Below are positions 36,984 to 50,492 of a DNA stretch of 64,000 bases, piece by piece. The notes beneath the pieces are model-generated. The model saw nothing but the letters and a program-made list of their open reading frames with translations. It did no database searches and was not told the origin of the DNA. The DNA comes from Eledone cirrhosa (lineage: Eukaryota). The stretch is taken from the NCBI GenBank assembly GCA_964016885.1, contig OZ024745.1, forward strand, positions 59,892,001 through 59,956,000, in the 5' to 3' direction. Position numbers and translations under genes: made by a program. The stretch's first letter is position 1. Every line of letters begins with the position of its first letter.

Positions 36984-39719
36984 GACTTGGAGTGAAAACC
37001 TCGACTTGGAGTGAGAACCTCGACTTGGAGTGAGAACCTCGACTTGGAGTGAAAACCTCGACTTGGAGTGAGAACCTCGACTTGGAGTGAAAACCTCGAC
37101 TTGGAGTGAAAACCTCGACTTGGAGTGAGAACCTCGACTTGGAGTGAAAACCTCGACTTGGAGTGAAAACCTCGACTTGGAGTGAAAACCTCGACTTGGA
37201 GTGAGAACCTCGACTTGGAGTGAGAACCTCGATTTGGAGTGAAAACCTCGACTTGGAGTGAGAACCTCGACTTGGAGTGAGAACCTCGACTTGGAGTGAG
37301 AACCTCGACTTGGAGTGAGAACCTCGACTTGGAGTGAGAACCTCGACTTGGAGTGAGAACCTCGACTTGGAGTGAGAACCTCGACTTGGAGTGAGAACCT
37401 CGACTTGGAGTGAGAACCTCGACTTGGAGTGAAAACCTCGACTTGGAGTGAGAACCTCGACTTGGAGTGAGAACCTCGACTTGGAGTGAGAACCTCGACT
37501 TGGAGTGAAAACTTCGACTTGGAGTGAGAACCTCGACTTGGAGTGAGAACCTCGACTTGGAGTGAGAACCTCGACTTGGAGTGGAAACCTCGACTTGGAG
37601 TGAGAACCTCGACTTGGAGTGAGAACCTCGACTTGGAGTGAGAACCTCGACTTGGAGTGAGAACCTCGACTTGGAGTGAAAACCTCGACTTGGAGTGAGA
37701 ACCTCGACTTGGAGTGAAAACCTCGACTTGGAGTGAGAACCTCGACTTGGAGTGAGAACCTCGACTTGGAGTGAGAACCTCGACTTGGAGTGAGAACCTC
37801 GACTTGGAGTGAGAACCTCGACTTGGAGTGAAAACCTCGACTTGGAGAGAGAACCTCCACTTGGAGTGAGAACCTCGACTTTGAGTGAAAACCTCGACTT
37901 GGAGTGAGAACCTCGACTTTGAGTGAAAACCTCGACTTGGAGTGAGAACCTCGACTTGGAGTGAGAACCTCGACTTGGAGTGAGAACCTCGACTTGGAGT
38001 GGAAACCTCGACTTGGAGTGAGAACCTCGACTTGGAGTGAAAACCTCGACTTGGAGTGAGAACCTCGACTTGGAATGAAAACCTCGACTTGGAGTGAAAA
38101 CCTCGACTTGGAGTGAAAACCTCGACTTGGAGTGAGAACCTCGACTTGGAGTGAAAACCTCGACTTGGAGTGAGAACCTCGACTTGGAGTGAAAACCTCG
38201 ACTTGGAGTGAGAACCTCGACTTGGAGTGAAAACCTCGACTTGGAGTGAGAACCTCGACTTGGAGTGAGAACCTCGACTTTGAGTGAAAACCTCGACTTG
38301 GAGAGAGAACCTCGACTTGGAGTGAGAACCTCGACTTTGAGTGAAAACCTCGACTTGGAGTGAGAACCTCGACTTTGAGTGAAAACCTCGACTTGGAGTG
38401 AGAACCTCGACTTGGAGTGAAAACCTCGACTTGGAGTGAAAACCTCGACTTGGAGTGAGAACCTCGACTTGGAGTGGAAACCTCGACTTGGAGTGAGAAC
38501 CTCGACTTGGAGTGAAAACCTCGACTTGGAGTGAGAACCTCGACTTGGAGTGAGAACCTCGACTTGGAGTGAGAACCTCGACTTGGAGTGAGAACCTCGA
38601 CTTGGAGTGAGAACCTCGACTTGGAGTGAGAACCTCGACTTGGAGTGAGAACCTCGACTTGGAGTGAAAACCTCGACTAGGAGTGAGAACCTCGACTTGG
38701 AGTGAGAACCTCGACTTGGAGTGAGAACCTCGACTTGGAGTGAGAACCTCGACTTGGAGTGAGAACCTCGACTTGGAGTGAGAACCTCGACTTGCAGTGA
38801 AAACCTCGACTTGGAGTGAGAACCTCGACTTGCAGTGAAAACCTCGACTTGGAGTGAGAACCTCGACTTGCAGTGAAAACCTCGACTTGGAGTGAGAACC
38901 TCGACTTGGAGTGAAAACCTCGACTTGCAGTGAAAACCTCGACTTGGAGTGAGAACCTCGACTTGGAGTGAAAACCTCGACTTGGAGTGAAAACCTCGAC
39001 TTGGAATGAAGACCTCGACTTGGAGTGAGAACCTCGACTTGGAGTGAGAACCTCGACTTGGAGTGAGAACCTCGACTTGGAGTGAGAACCTCGACTTGGA
39101 GTGAGAACCTCGACTTGGAGTGTAAACTGCGACTCTGAGTGAAAACCTCGACGTGGAGTGAGAACCTCGACTTGGAGTGAAAACCTCGACTTGGAGTGAG
39201 AACCTCGACTTGGAGTGAAAACCTCGACTTGGAGTGAAAACCTCGACTTGGAGTGAGAACCTCGACTTGGAGTGAGAACCTCGACTTGGAGTGAGAACCT
39301 CGACTTGGAGTGTAAACTGCGACTCTGAGTGAAAACCTCGACTTGGAGTGAGAACCTCGACTTGGAGTGAAAACCTCGACTTGGAGTGAGAACCTCGACT
39401 TGGAGTCAGAACCTCGACTTGGAGTCAGAACCTCAACTTGGAGTCAGAACCTCGACTTGGAGTCAGAACCTCGACTTGGAGTCAGAACCTCGACTTGGAG
39501 TGAAAACCTCGACTTGGAGTGAAAACCTCGACTTGGAGTGAGAACCTCGACTTGGAGTGAGAACCTCGACTTGGAGTGAAAACCTCGACTTGGAGTGAGA
39601 ACCTCTACTTGGAGTGAAAACCTCGACTTGGAGTGTAAACTGCGACTTGGAGTGAGAACCTCGACTTGGAGTGAAAACCTCGACTTGGAGTGTAAACTGC
39701 GACTTGGAGTGTAAACTGC

Positions 39720-40137
39720 GACTTGGAGTGTAACGTACAACTTGGAGCATAATGTACAACTTGGAGCATAATGTACGACTTGGAGCATAATGTACGACTT
39801 AGAGTGTAATGTAGGACTTAGAGTGTAATGTAGGACTTAGAGTGTAATGTAGGACTTAGAGTGTAATGTAGGACTTAGAGTGTAATGTAGGACTAGGAGC
39901 ATAATGTAGGACTAGGAGCATAATGTACGACTTGGAGTGTAATGTATGACTTGGAGTGTAATGTAGGACTTGGAGTGTAAACTGCGAGTTGAAATATAAA
40001 TTGCGACTTGGATTGTAAACCTTGACTTGCAGTGTATTGAACAACTTGGGGTGTATACTGCGGCTTGGAGTGTAAACTGCGGCTCCGAATATAATCTACG
40101 ACTTGCAGTGTCATATATGACTCTGAGTGAAAACCTC
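39720..40137 (+). repeat. Cassette copy 12 (GTATGAC subtype with private variants)
   Basis: Carries GTAACGTAC, AATGTATGAC and ATAATCTAC variants. Confidence 0.95.
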
Positions 40138-43100
40138 GACTTGGAGTGAAAACCTCGACTTGGAGTGAGAACCTCGACTTGGAGTGAGAACCTCGACTTG
40201 GAGTGAAAACCTCGACTTGGAGTGAGAACCTCGACTTGGAGTGAAAACCTCGACTTGGAGTGAAAACCTCGACTTGGAGTGAGAACCTCGACTTGGAGTG
40301 AGAACCTCGACTTGGAGTGAAAACCTCGACTTGGAGTGAGAACCTCGACTTGGAGTGAGAACCTCGACTTGGAGTGAGAACCTCGACTTTGAGTGAAAAC
40401 CTCGACTTGGAGTGAGAACCTCGACTTGGAGTAAAAACCTCGACTTGGAGTGAAAACCTTGACTTGGAGTGAAAACCTCGACTTGGAGTGAAAACCTCGA
40501 CTTGGAGTGAGAACCTCGACTTGGAGTGAGAACCTCGACTTGGAGTGAAAACCTCGACTTGGAGTGAGAACCTCGACTTGGAGTGATAACCTCGACTTGG
40601 AGTGAGAACCTCGACTTGGAGTGAAAACCTCGACTTGGAGTGAAAACCTCGACTTGGAGTGAAAACCTCGACTTGGAGTGAAAACCTCGACTTGGAGTGA
40701 AAACCTCGACTTGGAGTGAGAACCTCGACTTGGAGTGAGAACCTCGACTTGGAGTGAAAACCTCGACTTGGAGTGAGAACCTCGACTTGAAGTGAGAAGC
40801 TCGACTTGGAGTGAAAACCTCGACTTGGAGTGAAAACTTCGACTTGGAGTGAGAACCTCGACTTGGAGTGAGAACCTCGACTTGGAGTGAGAACCTCGAC
40901 TTGGAGTGAGAACCTCGACTTGGAGTGAGAACCTCGACTTGGAGTGAGAACCTCGACTTGGAGTGAAAACCTCGACTTGGAGTGAGAACCTCGACTTGAA
41001 GCGAAAACCTCGACTTGGAGTGAGAACCTCGACTTGGAGTGAAAACCTCGACTTGGAGTGAAAACCTCGACTTGGAGTGAAAACCTCGACTTGGAGTGAA
41101 AACCTCGACTTGGAGTGAAAACCTCGACTTGGAGTGAAAACCTCGACTTGGAGTGAGAACCTCGACTTGGAGTGAAAACCTCGACTTGGAGTGAAAACCT
41201 CGACTTGGAGTGAGAACCTCGACTTGGAGTGAGAACCTCGACTTGGAGTGAAAACCTCGACTTGGAGTGAGAACCTCGACTTGGAGTGAGAACCTCGACT
41301 TGGAGTGAGAACCTCGACTTGGAGTGAAAACCTCGACTTGGAGTGAAAACCTCGACTTGGATTGAGAACCTCGACTTGGAGTGAAAACCTCGACTTGGAG
41401 TGAAAACCTCGACTTGGAGTGAGAACCTCGACTTGGAGTGAGAACCTCGACTTGGAGTGAAAACCTCGACTTGGAGTGAGAACCTCGACTTGGAGTGAGA
41501 ACCTCGACTTGGAGTGAGAACCTCGACTTGGAGTGAAAACTTCGACTTGGAGTGAGAACCTCGACTTGGAGTGAGAACCTCGACTTGGAGTGGAAACCTC
41601 GACTTGGAGTGAGAACCTCGACTTGGAGTGAGAACCTCGACTTGGAGTGAGAACCTCGACTTGGAGTGAGAACCTCGACTTGGAGTGAAAACCTCGACTT
41701 GGAGTGAGAACCTCGACTTGGAGTGAAAACATCGACTTGGAGTGAGAACCTCGACTTGGAGTGAAAACCTCGACTTGGAGTGAGAACCTCGACTTGGAGT
41801 GAGAACCTCGACTTGGAGTGAGAACCTCGACTTGGAGTGAGAACCTCGACTTTGAGTGAAAACCTCGACTTGGAGAGAGAACCTCGACTTGGAGTGAAAA
41901 CCTCGACTTTGAGTGAAAACCTCGACTTGGAGTGAGAACCTCGACTTGGAGTGAAAACCTCGACTTGGAGTGAAAACCTCGACTTGGAGTGAGAACCTCG
42001 ACTTGGAGTGAAAACCTCGACTTGGCGTGAAAACCTCGACTTGGAGTGAAAACCTCGACTTGGAGTGAGAACCTCGACTTGGAGTGAGAACCTCGACTTG
42101 GAGTGAGAACCTCGACTTGGAGTGAAAACCTCGACTTGGAGTGAGAACCTCGACTTGGAGTGAGAACCTCGACTTGGAGTGAGAACCTCGACGTGGAGTG
42201 AGAACCTCGACTTGGAGTGAGAACCTCGACTTGGAGTGAAAACCTCGACTTGGAGTGAGAACCTCGACTTGGAGTGAAAACCTCGACTTGGAGTGAGAAC
42301 CTCGACTTGGAGTGAGAACCTCGACTTGGAGTGAAAACCTCGACTTGGAGTGAAAACCTCGACTTGGAGTGAAAACCTCGACTTGGAGTGAAAACCTCGA
42401 CTAGGAGTGAGAACCTCGACTTGGAGTGAGAACCTCGACTTGGAGTGAGAACCTCGACTTGGAGTGAGAACCTCGACTTGGAGTGAGAACCTCGACTTGG
42501 AGTGAGAACCTCGACTTGCAGTGAAAACCTCGACTTGGAGTGAGAACCTCGACTTGCAGTGAAAACCTCGACTTGGAGTGAGAACCTCGACTTGCAGTGA
42601 AAACCTCGACTTGGAGTGAGAACCTCGACTTGGAGTGAAAACCTCGACTTGCAGTGAAAACCTCGACTTGGAGTGAGAACCTCGACTTGGAGTGAAAACC
42701 TCGACTTGGAGTGAAAACCTCGACTTGGAATGAAGACCTCGACTTGGAGTGAGAACCTCGACTTGGAGTAAGAACCTCGACTTGGAGTGAGAACCTCGAC
42801 TTGGAGTGAGAACCTCGACTTGGAGTGAGAACCTCGACTTGGAGTGTAAACTGCGACTCTGAGTGAAAACCTCGACGTGGAGTGAGAACCTCGACTTGGA
42901 GTGAAAACCTCGACTTGGAGTGAGAACCTCGACTTGGAGTGAGAACCTCGACTTGGAGTGAAAACCTCGACTTGGAGTGAAAACCTCGACTTGGAGTGAA
43001 AACCTCGACTTGGAGTGAGAACCTCGACTTGGAGTGAAAACCTCGACTTGGAGTGTAAACTGCGACTTGGAGTGAGAACCTCGACTTGGAGTGAAAACCT

Positions 43101-43139
43101 CGACTTGGAGTGTAAACTGCGACTTGGAGTGTAAACTGC

Positions 43140-43557
43140 GACTTGGAGTGTAATGTACAACTTGGAGCATAATGTACAACTTGGAGCATAATGTACGACT
43201 TGGAGCATAATGTACGACTTAGAGTGTAATGTAGGACTTAGAGTGTAATGTAGGACTTAGAGTGTAATGTAGGACTTAGAGTGTAATGTAGGACTTAGAG
43301 TGTAATGTAGGACTAGGAGCATAATGTAGGACTAGGAGCATAATGTACGACTTGGAGTGTAATGTATGACTTGGAGTGTAATGTAGGACTTGGAGTGTAA
43401 ACTGCGAGTTGAAATATAAATTGCGACTTGGATTGTAAACCTTGACTTGCAGTGTATTGAACAACTTGGGGTGTATACTGCGGCTTAGAGTGTAAACTGC
43501 GGCTCCGAATATAAACTACGACTTGCAGTGTCATATATGACTCTGAGTGAAAACCTC
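43140..43557 (+). repeat. Cassette copy 13 (GTATGAC + GGCTTAGAG subtype)
   Basis: Shares both variants with copies 16 and 18; no upstream TCAG cluster. Confidence 0.95.
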
Positions 43558-46500
43558 GACATGGAGTGAAAACCTCGACTTGGAGTGAGAACCTCGACTT
43601 GGAGTGAGAACCTCGACTTGGAGTGAAAACCTCGACTTGGAGTGAGAACCTCGACTTGGAGTGAAAACCTCGACTTGGAGTGAAAACCTCGACTTGGAGT
43701 GAGAACCTCGACTTGGAGTGAGAACCTCGACTTGGAGTGAAAACCTCGACTTGGAGTGAGAACCTCGACTTGGAGTGAGAACCTCTACTTGGAGTGAGAA
43801 CCTCGACTTTGAGTGAAAACCTCGACTTGGAGTGAGAACCTCGACTTGGAGTGAAAACCTCGACTTGGAGTGAAAACCTTGACTTTGAGTGAAAACCTCG
43901 ACTTGGAGTGAAAACCTCGACTTGGAGTGAGAACCTCGACTTGGATTGAGAACCTCGACTTGGAGTGAGAACCTCGACTTGGAGTGAGAACCTCGACTTG
44001 GAGTGATAACCTCGACTTGGAGTGAGAACCTCGACTTGGAGTGAAAACCTCGACTTGGAGTGAAAACCTCGACTTGGAGTGAAAACCTCGACTTGGAGTG
44101 AAAACCTCGACTTGGAGTGAAAACCTCGACTTGGAGTGAGAACCTCGACTTGGAGTGAGAACCTCGACTTGGAGTGAAAACCTCGACTTGGAGTGAGAAC
44201 CTCGACTTGAAGTGAGAAGCTCGACTTGGAGTGAAAACCTCGACTTGGAGTGAAAACTTCGACTTGGAGTGAGAACCTCGACTTGGAGTGAGAACCTCGA
44301 CTTGGAGTGAGAACCTCGACTTGGAGTGAGAACCTCGACTTGGAGTGAGAACCTCGACTTGGAGTGAGAACCTCGACTTGGAGTGAGAACCTCGACTTGG
44401 AGTGAAAACCTCGACTTGGAGTGAGAACCTCGACTTGGAGCGAAAACCTCGACTTGGAGTGAGAACCTCGACTTGGAGTGAAAACCTCGACTTGGAGTGA
44501 GAACCTCGACTTGGAGTGAAAACCTCGACTTGGAGTGAAAACCTCGACTTGGAGTGAAAACCTCGACTTGGAGTGAAAACCTCGACTTGGAGTGAAAACC
44601 TCGACTTGGAGTGAGAACCTCGACTTGGAGTGAAAACCTCGACTTGGAGTGAAAACCTCGACTTGGAGTGAGAACCTCGACTTGGAGTGAGAACCTCGAC
44701 TTGGAGTGAAAACCTCGACTTGGAGTGAGAACCTCGACTTGGAGTGAGAACCTCGACTTGGAGTGAGAACCTCGACTTGGAGTGAAAACCTCGACTTGGA
44801 GTGAAAACCTCGACTTGGAGTGAAAACCTCGACTTGGATTGAGAACCTCGACTTGGAGTGAAAACCTCGACTTGGAGTGAAAACCTCGACTTGGAGTGAG
44901 AACCTCGACTTGGAGTGAGAACCTCGACTTGGAGTGAAAACCTCGACTTGGAGTGAGAACCTCGACTTGGAGTGAGAACCTCGACTTGGAGTGAGAACCT
45001 CGACTTGGAGTGAAAACTTCGACTTGGAGTGAGAACCTCGACTTGGAGTGAGAACCTCGACTTGGAGTGGAAACCTCGACTTGGAGTGAGAACCTCGACT
45101 TGGAGTGAGAACCTCGACTTGGAGTGAGAACCTCGACTTGGAGTGAGAACCTCGACTTGGAGTGAAAACCTCGACTTGGAGTGAGAACCTCGACTTGGAG
45201 TGAAAACCTCGACTTGGAGTGAGAACCTCGACTTGGAGTGAAAACCTCGACTTGGAGTGAGAACCTCGACTTGGAGTGAGAACCTCGACTTGGAGTGAGA
45301 ACCTCGACTTGGAGTGAGAACCTCGACTTTGAGTGAAAACCTCGACTTGGAGAGAGAACCTCGACTTGGAGTGAAAACCTCGACTTTGAGTGAAAACCTC
45401 GACTTGGAGTGAGAACCTCGACTTGGAGTGAAAACCTCGACTTGGAGTGAAAACCTCGACTTGGAGTGAGAACCTCGACTTGGAGTGAAAACCTCGACTT
45501 GGCGTGAAAACCTCGACTTGGAGTGAAAACCTCGACTTGGAGTGAGAACCTCGACTTGGAGTGAGAACCTCGACTTGGAGTGAGAACCTCGACTTGGAGT
45601 GAAAACCTCGACTTGGAGTGAGAACCTCGACTTGGAGTGAGAACCTCGACTTGGAGTGAGAACCTCGACGTGGAGTGAGAACCTCGACTTGGAGTGAGAA
45701 CCTCGACTTGGAGTGAAAACCTCGACTTGGAGTGAGAACCTCGACTTGGAGTGAAAACCTCGACTTGGAGTGAGAACCTCGACTTGGAGTGAGAACCTCG
45801 ACTTGGAGTGAAAACCTCGACTTGGAGTGAAAACCTCGACTTGGAGTGAAAACCTCGACTTGGAGTGAAAACCTCGACTAGGAGTGAGAACCTCGACTTG
45901 GAGTGAGAACCTCGACTTGGAGTGAGAACCTCGACTTGGAGTGAGAACCTCGACTTGGAGTGAGAACCTCGACTTGGAGTGAGAACCTCGACTTGCAGTG
46001 AAAACCTCGACTTGGAGTGAGAACCTCGACTTGCAGTGAAAACCTCGACTTGGAGTGAGAACCTCGACTTGCAGTGAAAACCTCGACTTGGAGTGAGAAC
46101 CTCGACTTGGAGTGAAAACCTCGACTTGCAGTGAAAACCTCGACTTGGAGTGAGAACCTCGACTTGGAGTGAAAACCTCGACTTGGAGTGAAAACCTCGA
46201 CTTGGAGTGAGAACCTCGACTTGCAGTGAAAACCTCGACTTGGAGTGAAAACCTCGACTTGGAGTGAGAACCTCGACTTGGAGTGAGAACCTCGACTTGG
46301 AGTGAGAACCTCGACTTGGAGTGTAAACTGCGACTCTGAGTGAAAACCTCGACTTGGAGTGAGAACCTCGACTTGGAGTGAAAACCTCGACTTGGAGTGA
46401 GAACCTCGACTTGGAGTGAGAACCTCGACTTGGAGTGAAAACCTCGACTTGGAGTGAGAACCTCGACTTGGAGTGAAAACCTCGACTTGGAGTGAGAACC

Positions 46501-46787
46501 TCGACTTGGAGTCAGAACCTCGACTTGGAGTCAGAACCTCAACTTGGAGTCAGAACCTCGACTTGGAGTCAGAACCTCGACTTGGAGTCAGAACCTCGAC
46601 TTGGAGTGAAAACCTCGACTTGGAGTGAAAACCTCGACTTGGAGTGAGAACCTCGACTTGGAGTGAGAACCTCGACTTGGAGTGAAAACCTCGACTTGGA
46701 GTGAGAACCTCTACTTGGAGTGAAAACCTCGACTTGGAGTGAAAACCTCGACTTGGAGTGTAAACTGCGACTTGGAGTGTAAACTGC

Positions 46788-47186
46788 GACTTGGAGTGTA
46801 ATGTACAACTTGGAGCATAATGTACAACTTGGAGCATAATGTACGACTTGGAGCATAATGTACGACTTAGAGTGTAATGTAGGACTTAGAGTGTAATGTA
46901 GGACTTAGAGTGTAATGTAGGACTTAGAGTGTAATGTAGGACTAGGAGCATAATGTAGGACTAGGAGCATAATGTACGACTTGGAGTGTAATGTAGGACT
47001 TGGAGTGTAATGTAGGACTTGGAGTGTAAACTGCGAGTTGAAATATAAATTGCGACTTGGATTGTAAACCTTGACTTGCAGTGTATTGAACAACTTGGGG
47101 TGTATACTGCGGCTTGGAGTGTAAACTGCGGCTCCGAATATAAACTACGACTTGCAGTGTCATATATGACTCTGAGTGAAAACCTC
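46788..47186 (+). repeat. Cassette copy 14 (4 TTAGAG subtype)
   Basis: One monomer shorter than copy 1. Confidence 0.95.
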
Positions 47187-50093
47187 GACTTGGAGTGAAA
47201 ACCTCGACTTGGAGTGAGAACCTCGACTTGGAGTGAGAACCTCGACTTGGAGTGAAAACCTCGACTTGGAGTGAGAACCTCGACTTGGAGTGAAAACCTC
47301 GACTTGGAGTGAAAACCTCGACTTGGAGTGAGAACCTCGACTTGGAGTGAAAACCTCGACTTGGAGTGAGAACCTCGACTTGGAGTGAAAACCACGACTT
47401 GGAGTGAAAACCTCGACTTGGAGTGAAAACCTCGACTTGGAGTGAGAACCTCGACTTGGAGTGAGAACCTCGATTTGGAGTGAAAACCTCGACTTGGAGT
47501 GAGAACCTCGACTTGGAGTGAGAACCTCGACTTGGAGTGAGAACCTCGACTTGGAGTGAGAACCTCGACTTGGAGTGAGAATCTCGACTTGGAGTGAGAA
47601 CCTCGACTTGGAGTGAGAACCTCGACTTGGAGTGAGAACCTCGACTTGGAGTGAGAACCTCGACTTGGAGTGAAAACCTCGACTTGGAGTGAGAACCTCG
47701 ACTTGGAGTGAGAACCTCGACTTGGAGTGAGAACCTCGACTTGGAGTGAAAACTTCGACTTGGAGTGAGAACCTCGACTTGGAGTGAGAACCTCGACTTG
47801 GAGTGAGAACCTCGACTTGGAGTGGAAACCTCGACTTGGAGTGAGAACCTCGACTTGGAGTGGAAACCTCGACTTGGAGTGAGAACCTCGACTTGGAGTG
47901 AGAACCTCGACTTGGAGTGAAAACCTCGACTTGGAGTGAGAACCTCGACTTGGAGTGAAAACCTCGACTTGGAGTGAGAACCTCGACTTGGAGTGAGAAC
48001 CTCGACTTGGAGTGAGAACCTCGACTTGGAGTGAAAACTTCGACTTGGAGTGAGAACCTCGACTTGGAGTGAGAACCTCGACTTGGAGTGGAAACCTCGA
48101 CTTGGAGTGAGAACCTCGACTTGGAGTGAGAACCTCGACTTGGAGTGAGAACCTCGACTTGGAGTGAGAACCTCGACTTGGAGTGAAAACCTCGACTTGG
48201 AGTGAGAACCTCGACTTGGAGTGAAAACCTCGACTTGGAGTGAGAACCTCGACTTGGAGTGAAAACCTCGACTTGGAGTGAGAACCTCGACTTGGAGTGA
48301 GAACCTCGACTTGGAGTGAGAACCTCGACTTGGAGTGAGAACCTCGACTTTGAGTGAAAACCTCGACTTGGAGAGAGAACCTCGACTTGGAGTGAAAACC
48401 TCGACTTTGAGTGAAAACCTCGACTTGGAGTGAGAACCTCGACTTGGAGTGAAAACCTCGACTTGGAGTGAAAACCTCGACTTGGAGTGAGAACCTCGAC
48501 TTGGAGTGAAAACCTCGACTTGGCGTGAAAACCTCGACTTGGAGTGAAAACCTCGACTTGGAGTGAGAACCTCGACTTGGAGTGAGAACCTCGACTTGGA
48601 GTGAGAACCTCGACTTGGAGTGAAAACCTCGACTTGGAGTGAGAACCTCGACTTGGAGTGAGAACCTCGACTTGGAGTGAGAACCTCGACGTGGAGTGAG
48701 AACCTCGACTTGGAGTGAGAACCTCGACTTGGAGTGAAAACCTCGACTTGGAGTGAGAACCTCGACTTGGAGTGAAAACCTCGACTTGGAGTGAGAACCT
48801 CGACTTGGAGTGAGAACCTCGACTTGGAGTGAAAACCTCGACTTGGAGTGAAAACCTCGACTTGGAGTGAAAACCTCGACTTGGAGTGAAAACCTCGACT
48901 AGGAGTGAGAACCTCGACTTGGAGTGAGAACCTCGACTTGGAGTGAGAACCTCGACTTGGAGTGAGAACCTCGACTTGGAGTGAGAACCTCGACTTGGAG
49001 TGAGAACCTCGACTTGCAGTGAAAACCTCGACTTGGAGTGAGAACCTCGACTTGCAGTGAAAACCTCGACTTGGAGTGAGAACCTCGACTTGCAGTGAAA
49101 ACCTCGACTTGGAGTGAGAACCTCGACTTGGAGTGAAAACCTCGACTTGCAGTGAAAACCTCGACTTGGAGTGAGAACCTCGACTTGGAGTGAAAACCTC
49201 GACTTGGAGTGAAAACCTCGACTTGGAATGAAGACCTCGACTTGGAGTGAGAACCTCGACTTGGAGTAAGAACCTCGACTTGGAGTGAGAACCTCGACTT
49301 GGAGTGAGAACCTCGACTTGGAGTGAGAACCTCGACTTGGAGTGTAAACTGCGACTCTGAGTGAAAACCTCGACGTCGAGTGAGAACCTCGACTTGGAGT
49401 GAAAACCTCGACTTGGAGTGAGAACCTCGACTTGGAGTGAGAACCTCGACTTGGAGTGAAAACCTCGACTTGGAGTGAAAACCTCGACTTGGAGTGAAAA
49501 CCTCGACTTGGAGTGAGAACCTCGACTTGGAGTGAAAACCTCGACTTGGAGTGAAAACCTCGACTTGGAGTGAGAACCTCGACTTGGAGTGAGAACCTCG
49601 ACTTGGAGTGAGAACCTCGACTTGGAGTGTAAACTGCGACTCTGAGTGAAAACCTCGACTTGGAGTGAGAACCTCGACTTGGAGTGAAAACCTCGACTTG
49701 GAGTGAGAACCTCGACTTGGAGTGAGAACCTCGACTTGGAGTGAAAACCTCGACTTGGAGTGAGAACCTCGACTTGGAGTGAAAACCTCGACTTGGAGTG
49801 AGAACCTCGACTTGGAGTCAGAACCTCGACTTGGAGTCAGAACCTCAACTTGGAGTCAGAACCTCGACTTGGAGTCAGAACCTCGACTTGGAGTCAGAAC
49901 CTCGACTTGGAGTGAAAACCTCGACTTGGAGTGAAAACCTCGACTTGGAGTGAGAACCTCGACTTGGAGTGAGAACCTCGACTTGGAGTGAAAACCTCGA
50001 CTTGGAGTGAGAACCTCTACTTGGAGTGAAAACCTCGACTTGGAGTGAAAACCTCGACTTGGAGTGTAAACTGCGACTTGGAGTGTAAACTGC

Positions 50094-50492
50094 GACTTGG
50101 AGTGTAATGTACAACTTGGAGCATAATGTACAACTTGGAGCATAATGTACGACTTGGAGCATAATGTACGACTTAGAGTGTAATGTAGGACTTAGAGTGT
50201 AATGTAGGACTTAGAGTGTAATGTAGGACTTAGAGTGTAATGTAGGACTAGGAGCATAATGTAGGACTAGGAGCATAATGTACGACTTGGAGTGTAATGT
50301 AGGACTTGGAGTGTAATGTAGGACTTGGAGTGTAAACTGCGAGTTGAAATATAAATTGCGACTTGGATTGTAAACCTTGACTTGCAGTGTATTGAACAAC
50401 TTGGGGTGTATACTGCGGCTTGGAGTGTAAACTGCGGCTCCGAATATAAACTACGACTTGCAGTGTCATATATGACTCTGAGTGAAAACCTC
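50094..50492 (+). repeat. Cassette copy 15 (4 TTAGAG subtype)
   Basis: Same as copy 14. Confidence 0.95.
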